From the NCBI GenBank assembly GCA_963764625.1, contig CAVXTH010000006.1, forward strand, positions 1,085 through 65,084: a DNA stretch of 64,000 bases, in the 5' to 3' direction. Shown one piece after another: positions 57,435 to 64,000 of the stretch. The stretch comes from Candidatus Krumholzibacteriota bacterium. GTDB lineage: Bacteria > Krumholzibacteriota > Krumholzibacteriia > JAJRXK01. Below the pieces are notes generated by a model. The model made no database searches, was not told the origin of the DNA, and saw only the letters and a list, made by a program, of their open reading frames with translations. Both the position numbers and the translations under genes were made by a program. Each line of letters begins with the position of its first letter. Positions within the stretch are counted from its first letter, which is position 1.

Positions 57435-58873
57435 GCCGGGCTCTCTCCACCCGGCCGTGGCCTGCGCGGACGCGCGTACTTCGCATTTGCGGCCTGGTTC
57501 TTAGCCTCGTTCTTAGCCTCGTCTTTCTGTCGTGTTCGCATCCTCCCGCACCACGAATCGATGGCAAGACGATTGCACTCGACGCGAGTTCGCTGCCTCC
57601 GGTGGACGAAGAGGGGATTCCCTTGACCAAGGACGAGGTCGAGCCAAGCCCAGAGGAAGTTCTCTTTCTGCCCGGCGGGGACTCGGTTCGCATCGGACTG
57701 GAAAGTGGTGCCGAACACATCGAGCTGCACGCAGAAATTCCCATCGAGATTCTGGATCTTTCGGGCAAGCGCTACGGCACCAGTCTTCGTCCGGGACGAA
57801 TTCGGGTCACGGACAGTCGTCGTGGATTCCTCCTGGATGGGCCCGGCTTCGACGCGCTCGGAGTGGCGGGGCGAGGGGTTCTGATTCGCGGGAGAAAAGG
57901 AGAGATCTGCTTCTCTCACGAAGGAAACGTCTACACCGGTGACGCGCTGGTGGTGCGTCAAGCTGACGGTCGAATGGCGCTGGTGAACGTCGTTGATCTC
58001 GAGAGTTACCTTCGGGGCGTCATTCCCTGGGAGATCGGCCGGCCCGGCATGGAGTCGATCGAGGCGGTGAAGGCTCAGGCCATCGCCGCGCGCAGCTATA
58101 CCGTCGCCCACCTCGGACGGCGCGAAGAGCTTGGTTTCGATCTCTGGGACAACGTGGCCGACCAGGTCTACCGCGGACTGACCGGCATCAACCCGGTGAC
58201 GGATCGCGCGGTGCAGCAAACCAGAGCGCAAGTGCTGCGCTACGAGGGGGAGATCGTTCAGGCCTACTACTGTAGCACCTGCGGAGGGCATACCAGTTCC
58301 ATTCAAGATGTGTGGCCACGCGAGGCGGTGCCCTATCTGCAGGGCTTGCGAGACGCACCTCCGGGCGAAAGCGCGTGGTGCCGGGAGAGCCCGCATTTTC
58401 GCTGGACCGTGGTCTGGAGTGCACTGGAGTTGGGGGAGATCATCCGCGCACACTTGCCCGCGGAAGTCGATCCCCGATTGACCGCCCGCCAGGTCGGCGT
58501 GCTCGAGGGTCTGGAAGTTCTCGAGAGCGACAGCAGCGGTCGCGTGCATCGACTGAGAGTGAAGACGAGCACCGGAAGCTGGGAAGTGGTGGGGGACAGA
58601 ATTCGCTGGGTGCTCAGGCCGGCCCGCAGCCGATTCGACATTCTGCAGAGCACTCTTTTCCGACTGGAGGAATACCGGGACGAAAAGGGTGTCTTGATCG
58701 GAGTGCGGCTGCAGGGTGGTGGCTACGGTCACGGGATCGGGATGTGTCAGAGCGGCGCACTGGCCATGGCGCGTGCGGGGCGCAGCTGCGAGCAGATTCT
58801 CGAACACTACTATCCGGGCACCCGCATCCAGTCCCTGCGTGGGGGACGCGGCGATTGGGCGAAGACGCCATGA
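57431..58873 (+). CDS. SpoIID/LytB-domain protein (amidase enhancer-like)
   Basis: ATG overlaps the anmK stop. Signal anchor. YYCSTCGGHT and the SpoIID-domain pattern. Confidence 0.75.
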   Translation: MSRALSTRPWPARTRVLRICGLVLSLVLSLVFLSCSHPPAPRIDGKTIALDASSLPPVDEEGIPLTKDEVEPSPEEVLFLPGGDSVRIGLESGAEHIELHAEIPIEILDLSGKRYGTSLRPGRIRVTDSRRGFLLDGPGFDALGVAGRGVLIRGRKGEICFSHEGNVYTGDALVVRQADGRMALVNVVDLESYLRGVIPWEIGRPGMESIEAVKAQAIAARSYTVAHLGRREELGFDLWDNVADQVYRGLTGINPVTDRAVQQTRAQVLRYEGEIVQAYYCSTCGGHTSSIQDVWPREAVPYLQGLRDAPPGESAWCRESPHFRWTVVWSALELGEIIRAHLPAEVDPRLTARQVGVLEGLEVLESDSSGRVHRLRVKTSTGSWEVVGDRIRWVLRPARSRFDILQSTLFRLEEYRDEKGVLIGVRLQGGGYGHGIGMCQSGALAMARAGRSCEQILEHYYPGTRIQSLRGGRGDWAKTP

Positions 58874-60339
58874 GCACGCCGCTGCCCGTACTCGTAGGAC
58901 TTGACGGGCAGACTCTACTTCCCCGGGAACGAGAACTCCTGCTTCGGTTTCGTCCCCGCGGCGTCGTTCTCTTCAAGCGAAACGTCGATTCGCTCGCGCA
59001 ACTGCGCGCGCTCTGCGCTGAAGTCGAAACGCTTCTCGCCACCGAATCGGTCCTTCCGCTCATCGCGGCCGACCAAGAGGGGGGACCGGTCAGCGTGCTC
59101 GGCAGGGCCTTGGGGTGCCCTCCTTCCGCCCGTGCGCTGGGTCTGGCCGATGACCCCGAGCTCACGCGTCGGGTGCACCGGGAAACCGCGCGCCGGGCGC
59201 GGCACGCCGGAGTGAATTTTCTATTGGCCCCGGTGGCGGACGTAAACCGGCCACAAAATCCGGTGGTGGGGATTCGAGCCTTCGGCGAGCAGAGTGAAGA
59301 GGTCGCGGTTCACGCGGCGGCCGCGGTGCGTGGCTTGCGCGAGGGCGGCGTGTACGCCTGCGCGAAGCACTGGCCGGGACACGGTTCCCCCGTCCGTGAC
59401 AGTCACCGGGAACCCACCGATCTGAAGCTCGAACTTCAAACCTGGCAGAAAGTCGATCTGCCCCCCTTCAAAGCCACGGTTCGCGCGGGGATAGAGGCAC
59501 TCATGGTGGGTCACCTCGCTTTCTCCCAGCTCGATCGAAGTGGAACCGTGGCGCCCCTATCTCGAGCGATCCTGCAAGAGGCGAGAACGAGACTGGGCTT
59601 CACGGGGATCCTCGTGAGTGACGCGCTCGAAATGGCGGGCTTCGGCGGCGCCGACCCCACGCACGCGTTGCGGGCGGGGCTCGACCTCCTGCTCTATTCC
59701 CGACCTCTGCTGGAGATCGAAGATGGGTTGCATTCACTTCGCGAAGCATTGAGTGGGAAAGCGCAACCCTCCGTCGTCTCCATGGGAACCCTCCTTGCTC
59801 CCCCGGTCGCCGAAGACGGGGAAGCCTACTCCGAAGCGCGCCGACGGGGTCTTCACACTCAGGGTCAGCTGCGGTGGAACGAGACGTCGTGGGTCTTGTG
59901 GGATGGGGTGAGCCGCGATCGGCTCTACCCCTTTCCAGACCTCGGTCCGCGCGGTGGGTCCGATGCCGACGCGTCGCAAAACACGGCCGAGACCGCCATG
60001 GAAACCTCGCTGTCGGGAGTTCTGAACCTTCCTGCGAGGCAGGTCTTCTCCTGGAATCCCCACGCTCTCTCCGGCGGTGGAGATCCGATTCCAGCAGAAT
60101 CCTGGCCACGGGAGGGGGAAGGCCTGATTCTCGCGAGCCTGCGTCCCCTGCCGCAGGCGCTGTGCGAGGAGCTGGCAACCCGTACGGCTCGTGGCTCTTG
60201 GAGGCCGGCCTGGATCGTCTTTCTGGGTCTCGGTCTTCGGGGCTCTCTTCCGCCGGGCGAAGTGCCGTGGACACAGCTTCCGGGACTCTGTGAGGAGGAT
60301 TTCAGGCTGCTTCCGTCCCTCCTGACGGGGCAGCGTTGA
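58870..60339 (+). CDS. nagZ: beta-N-acetylhexosaminidase (GH3, NagZ-like)
   Basis: ATG overlaps the previous stop. GH3 motifs KHWPGHG and LVSDALEMAG. Confidence 0.8.
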   Translation: MSTPLPVLVGLDGQTLLPRERELLLRFRPRGVVLFKRNVDSLAQLRALCAEVETLLATESVLPLIAADQEGGPVSVLGRALGCPPSARALGLADDPELTRRVHRETARRARHAGVNFLLAPVADVNRPQNPVVGIRAFGEQSEEVAVHAAAAVRGLREGGVYACAKHWPGHGSPVRDSHREPTDLKLELQTWQKVDLPPFKATVRAGIEALMVGHLAFSQLDRSGTVAPLSRAILQEARTRLGFTGILVSDALEMAGFGGADPTHALRAGLDLLLYSRPLLEIEDGLHSLREALSGKAQPSVVSMGTLLAPPVAEDGEAYSEARRRGLHTQGQLRWNETSWVLWDGVSRDRLYPFPDLGPRGGSDADASQNTAETAMETSLSGVLNLPARQVFSWNPHALSGGGDPIPAESWPREGEGLILASLRPLPQALCEELATRTARGSWRPAWIVFLGLGLRGSLPPGEVPWTQLPGLCEEDFRLLPSLLTGQR

Positions 60340-60364
60340 CAGCGGCCAGTTGCGTTGCTAGATT
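60336..60364 (+). promoter_or_regulatory. sigma70-like promoter TTGACA-N17-TAGATT upstream of tRNA-Asp
   Basis: TTGACA at 60336-60341 and TAGATT at 60359-60364. Identical hexamers and spacing to the tRNA-Lys promoter. Confidence 0.5.
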
Positions 60365-60413
60365 CCCTCTCCGCTTCATCCTTGGGCGCCACAGTGCGCC
60401 CGTAGCGGCATTC

Positions 60414-60491
60414 GGGGGCGTAGTTCAGATTGGTTAGAACGCCGGCCTGTCAAGCCGGAGGTCGCGAGTTCGATCCTCGTCGCTCCCGCCA
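60414..60491 (+). tRNA. tRNA-Asp (anticodon GTC)
   Basis: 78-nt cloverleaf: acceptor gggggcg/cgctccc, anticodon loop cuGUCaa, T-loop ttcgatc, encoded CCA. Confidence 0.9.
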
Positions 60492-60502
60492 TTCGTCGCC
60501 AA

Positions 60503-60530
60503 GCCCGCCCCTTTCGGGGGGCGGGCTTTC
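60503..60530 (+). terminator. GC-rich hairpin terminator after tRNA-Asp
   Basis: gcccgcccc-tttc-ggggggcgggc followed by a short TTTC tract. Confidence 0.45.
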
Positions 60531-60706
60531 GCATGTCCCTTTGTTGCGGCCGAGAGACTGGCGGACGAGGGTCTTTTGTAACAGATTTAGTAACGGTGCT
60601 GGCGCTGCTCGACCCTCCACCTGGGCAAGCGTCGCACCATATGAGTGCGCTCCCCGGTGCCGTGCCGGGGAGCGCGATTTGTTTCCCGCCTTTTTCTCCT
60701 GCTGAT

Positions 60707-61288
60707 TCAATCGACGAGATCTTCGGGCGCATTCCAATTGCGCAGAACTGTTCGCTCGTCCACTTCGACTCTCCGCAGCTCGTGTGCATCCAGCTGTTGC
60801 AAGCTCGTGCGCAGCGATTCTTCGGGTTGGCTGCGGATCCGCTTCACGGCTTCCCGCGTAAGCGCGAGAGGATGGCCTCCCTTGCCCCGGTAGGTGGGCT
60901 TGACCACGAGGCAACCGCGGAGCGCGCTTTGCAGTTTGCGCAGGACTTCAGGGCCGGCCGGGCCGCTGTCGACCGGCTGCAAGAAGAACGCGGGATACTC
61001 CTGGGTCCAGGCGATGTCCAGCGCCCGCCGGACGGAATCCATCATGGGTGCCAGAGCGTCGGCTCCGCCATGGAGAATGAGTCCCGGTAGTGGGGGCTGG
61101 GCATTCAGGGCTTCAGCGACTTCGTCGTTGACCACGGCGTGCACCGAGCGAAGTCCGAAGTCGAGGTAGGCCCGCGCGACTTGATGGAGCAGAAACGAAC
61201 CGTCGAACTCAAGGAGCGCTTTGGAAACGCCCATGCGGCGTCCCCGGCCGGCCGCGAGGACAAGAGCGGTTTCGATTTCAAGCGCCAT
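60707..61288 (-). CDS. MobA-like NTP-transferase (molybdenum-cofactor cytidylyl/guanylyltransferase-like)
   Basis: N-terminal LVLAAGRGRRMG nucleotide-binding motif. Confidence 0.7.
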   Translation of the reverse strand: MALEIETALVLAAGRGRRMGVSKALLEFDGSFLLHQVARAYLDFGLRSVHAVVNDEVAEALNAQPPLPGLILHGGADALAPMMDSVRRALDIAWTQEYPAFFLQPVDSGPAGPEVLRKLQSALRGCLVVKPTYRGKGGHPLALTREAVKRIRSQPEESLRTSLQQLDAHELRRVEVDERTVLRNWNAPEDLVD

Positions 61289-62157
61289 CGTCCGCCGTCG
61301 GCAACGAGGTCGAGAGGGAGGAGTGAGGGTTCTTCGGAACCTCGCGCGTGGTGGATTCGATTCAGCGAGGCCATGCTGGCCGAAAAAACTCTCTCCTGGC
61401 GTCCACGGTGGTGAGCGATGAGTTCGGCCACGATGGCCACCGCGATTTCCTGAGGGGTGATCGCACCGATGTCCAGTCCGATGGGCATGTTCACTTGGCC
61501 GAGTTGATCCTCGTCGAAACCCTTTGCTTTACACCTCGAGATGGCACGCGTGACTTTCGAAAGACTCCCGATCACGCCCAGATAGGCCGGTGGCGATTTC
61601 AAGTAGTGTTCGAGAACGGCCTGATCCTGCTCGTGTCCGCGGGTGACCACGACCACGAAATCTCGTTCGCGAGTCGGGAGCTCCTCGATGGCTTCCTCGA
61701 CGCTCGAGTTGAGAATGCGCTTTACCGAGGGGTAACGTTTCGGGTTAGCCCACTCCTCGCGCTCGTCGATCACCGTCACCTGGAAGCCGCATTGCGCAGC
61801 CAGAGTCGCGGTGGGTTGCGCGACGTGTCCGGCGCCGTAGATGAGGAGCCGGCGAGTGGGTTCCAGGACCTCACAGAAGATTTGCATCACCCCTCCGCAA
61901 CACATTCCCAGTTCGGCGCTGAGCTTGTATTCGACGATTCCACTCTTTCGCTTTTCGAGCATGGCGGCGGCATCTTTCAGCGCGGCCGCTTCGACGGCGC
62001 CCCCACCGATAGTTCCCTCGAAGCTCCCGTCTTCTGACAGGAGCATCGAGGCTCCGACCTCCTGAGGTCCCGAACCGTCGACCCGGATCACCTTGAGGTG
62101 AGCCACGGTTTTGCCCCGCTCCAGGGCGTCTGTGATTCGGCGATAGAAATCGTGCAT
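61105..62157 (-). CDS. XdhC/CoxI-family accessory protein; the 3' ~180 nt of the ORF overlap the mobA-like gene, so the true end is uncertain
   Basis: ATG at 62157 (MHDFYRRITD...). XdhC_CoxI and Rossmann-like XdhC_C motifs run to ...AELIAHHRG. The last ~60 codons are low-complexity and lie in the shadow of the mobA-like frame. Confidence 0.65.
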   Translation of the reverse strand: MHDFYRRITDALERGKTVAHLKVIRVDGSGPQEVGASMLLSEDGSFEGTIGGGAVEAAALKDAAAMLEKRKSGIVEYKLSAELGMCCGGVMQIFCEVLEPTRRLLIYGAGHVAQPTATLAAQCGFQVTVIDEREEWANPKRYPSVKRILNSSVEEAIEELPTRERDFVVVVTRGHEQDQAVLEHYLKSPPAYLGVIGSLSKVTRAISRCKAKGFDEDQLGQVNMPIGLDIGAITPQEIAVAIVAELIAHHRGRQERVFSASMASLNRIHHARGSEEPSLLPLDLVADGGRWRLKSKPLLSSRPAGDAAWAFPKRSLSSTVRFCSIKSRGPTSTSDFARCTPWSTTKSLKP

Positions 62158-62300
62158 CTTCAGCCTCGATCTGCGGCACTGGTCCCGTGGGGAGCTTGAC
62201 TCTATTTTAACAGTCTCGGACCCTATTCGTCCGGCAGTATTCAAGGTAGGCGAGGGCGCGGTCAACTGCCCCTCCAGAGTCCCATTTTCACTCCGGAACC

Positions 62301-63272
62301 ATGTCGACGAAAGCTCGCTCCTACTGGGCCGCCTCCAAAGACCTTCGCCGGGAACTGGGAGAGGTCCTGGATCAAAACGAGTTGAAGCGCCTGCATCGCC
62401 GCAGCGCCCCCCGGCATTTCGCGGTGGCGTTGCGCCTGGTCGCGATCACGGTCTTGTGCATCGTGATCCTGCTGCGCTTCGACGCGCGCTACTGGTGGCC
62501 GCTTCCCGCCACTCTACTGGGCTTCTGCTATTTCGATTTTACCGTCCTGCTGCACGAGGTGGTGCACAAGACCGTTTTCAGCTCTTCGCGTCCACGATGG
62601 TTGCGCGCCCTGTCGGTGATGTACGCCGTGCCCAGCGGCATCTCGGCTTCGCAATTCACGCGCTGGCACCTCGATCATCACGACAATCTGGGAAGTGGGG
62701 TGGACGACCCCAAGCGACATTGGCTGAGTCCGAAGAAGCGTTCCCGTTTCGTGAAGCTGCTCTACTGGACTCCTTTCCTCATTCCCATCTACTTCACGGC
62801 GGCCAAGAGGGAAACCGCCTCGTACGAACCCGAGCTTCGACGCACCATCGCTCTCGAGCGAAGCCTGACCATCCTGGTCCATCTCGGATTCCTAGGGGCG
62901 CTCTGGTATTGGGGCGGATTCTCCCCAGCCCTGCGGGTGTACCTCGTCCCCTATCTGATCGTGTTTCCCATCGCTTTCAGTCTGAACCGTCTGGGTCAGC
63001 ACTACGCCATCGATCCTTCGGATGTCGCGCGTTGGAGCACCAGAATCGACGGGAATCCCTTTTGGCGGTGGATCTTCCTCTACTCGAATTACCATCTCGA
63101 GCATCACTACTTTCAGAACGTGCCATTCTACAATCTGCAGCGTTTGAATCGAATTCTGTGCGAGTTCTACACGGCCCACGGCATTCCCAACTACGGTTAT
63201 GGGCAGATCCTGCGAGCGTGGTTCGTGGACAACGAGGCGCCGCACACGCGCTGGGCTTGCGAAAACGAATGA
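62301..63272 (+). CDS. membrane fatty-acid desaturase family protein
   Basis: Three His boxes HEVVH, HLDHH, HLEHH with intervening TM segments. Confidence 0.8.
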   Translation: MSTKARSYWAASKDLRRELGEVLDQNELKRLHRRSAPRHFAVALRLVAITVLCIVILLRFDARYWWPLPATLLGFCYFDFTVLLHEVVHKTVFSSSRPRWLRALSVMYAVPSGISASQFTRWHLDHHDNLGSGVDDPKRHWLSPKKRSRFVKLLYWTPFLIPIYFTAAKRETASYEPELRRTIALERSLTILVHLGFLGALWYWGGFSPALRVYLVPYLIVFPIAFSLNRLGQHYAIDPSDVARWSTRIDGNPFWRWIFLYSNYHLEHHYFQNVPFYNLQRLNRILCEFYTAHGIPNYGYGQILRAWFVDNEAPHTRWACENE

Positions 63273-63305
63273 GGCCACCCAAATCCTGGGTGGCCTTTCC
63301 ATTTG
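63273..63305 (+). terminator. rho-independent terminator between desaturase and rpmB (convergent genes)
   Basis: ggccaccc-aaatcct-gggtggcc followed by tttccattt. Confidence 0.5.
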
Positions 63306-63329
63306 ATTCCCGAGCGTTTTTTCGTGAAC

Positions 63330-63566
63330 TCAGATCTTTACGCCCCGTGCCCGCATCTCGCGTAGCACGGTGGTGATGCCCTTCTTGGAGATGGTCTTCA
63401 TACCCTTGGCGCTGACCGTGAGGCTGATCCAGCGATTCTCCTCGGGGATCCAGAAACGCTTCTTGTGCAGATTGGGCAGGAAGCGGCGCTTGTTCAAATT
63501 GTGGGCGTGGGAGACCAAGTTGCCCGCCATGGGGCGCTTTCCCGTCACCTGACAGACTCGCGACAT
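63330..63566 (-). CDS. rpmB: 50S ribosomal protein L28
   Basis: [33 protein letters not shown] is a near-canonical L28 N-terminus. Confidence 0.9.
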   Translation of the reverse strand: MSRVCQVTGKRPMAGNLVSHAHNLNKRRFLPNLHKKRFWIPEENRWISLTVSAKGMKTISKKGITTVLREMRARGVKI

Positions 63567-63738
63567 GATCGAAACTCCTCTTTTACCTGCTCGCGGCGGC
63601 TCTCTCGCCTCGGCGCGCGATCGGGGGCTTGCTTTTCAGAACGCTGCGCGCGCTGATGGTTCTGCCCAGCCCAGCGGCCTACTAGTATATCGATGTGGAC
63701 GGCCTTGGCAAGGCTGGGGAGCCTTCAGGAGCGCGTGA

Positions 63739-64000
63739 GAGGCGCTCAGTCGTCGCCAAAGGGGCTCGCCGGGCCCTTGCGCTGGAAGTTCTGGAAATCG
63801 TCGTCCAGGGCGCTAATTCGTTTTTTCTTCGCCGGCTCCTCACCCTCACGAAACAGGGATTCCAGCTTGGCCTGTTCCTGCGCCATCTTCTGGTCGAAGG
63901 CCTTGATGTCCTCCGCCAGCCCGCTGTCGTCCTCGGCCCTAGGAAGGGTCTCCAGTTTGAGATGGTCGCGGATCTCGTAGCGTTCGTCGTAGGCCGAACC
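63739..64000 (-). CDS. hypothetical protein, C-terminal fragment (gene continues beyond window end)
   Basis: Minus-strand frame reads ...ERYEIRDHLKLETLPRAEDDSGLAEDIKAFDQKMAQEQAKLESLFREGEEPAKKKRISALDDDFQNFQRKGPASPFGDD*. It looks more protein-like than the +strand Ser/Ala-rich ORF 63693..63980. Confidence 0.3.

Noticed and set aside
57218-58807. 529-aa minus-strand ORF
   Set aside because: Antisense to the SpoIID/LytB gene.
63693-63980. +strand ORF (95 aa) at window end
   Set aside because: Ser/Ala-rich low-complexity. The minus-strand frame 63739..64000 is more protein-like.

Overview
High-GC (by eye mid-60s %) bacterial chromosomal segment. The lineage is probably an FCB-group-like organism: several secreted proteins end in FlgD-Ig/T9SS-type C-terminal domains, and there are many Ser/Thr kinases fused to TolB-like beta-propellers. 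The housekeeping backbone comprises nth, hflK-hflC, yggS-yggT-divIVA, punA, ileS, dksA-lspA-rluD, an anti-sigma partner-switching pair, ruvX-mltG, a murQ-anmK-spoIID-nagZ murein-recycling operon, xdhC/mobA-like, a desaturase and rpmB. RNA genes are tRNA-Lys(CTT), tRNA-Val(TAC), tRNA-Asp(GTC) and a complete tmRNA. Two accessory regions stand out. (1) Immediately 3' of tRNA-Lys lies a visibly lower-GC island (~3.8-9.9 kb). It holds a degenerate DDE transposase, two adjacent uncharacterised nuclease-like genes (a PD-(D/E)xK protein and a Cas4-like Fe-S nuclease fused to a DEDD-exonuclease/DUF2779-like domain), and a frameshifted IS481-like element. This is a candidate mobile defence or recombination module. 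(2) A family of secreted proteins dispersed through the window and clustered 3' of tRNA-Val shares a strictly C-terminal decapeptide, [KEQT]-S-[WF]-G-x-[LV]-K-[AS]-x-[FY], with no following TM segment. This is a candidate undescribed C-terminal sorting signal. Several of these paralogs are frameshifted. Multiple apparent frameshifts and in-frame TAG codons also hit conserved genes (rluD, ruvX), so some of these lesions may be sequencing artefacts rather than biology. No CRISPR array was seen.
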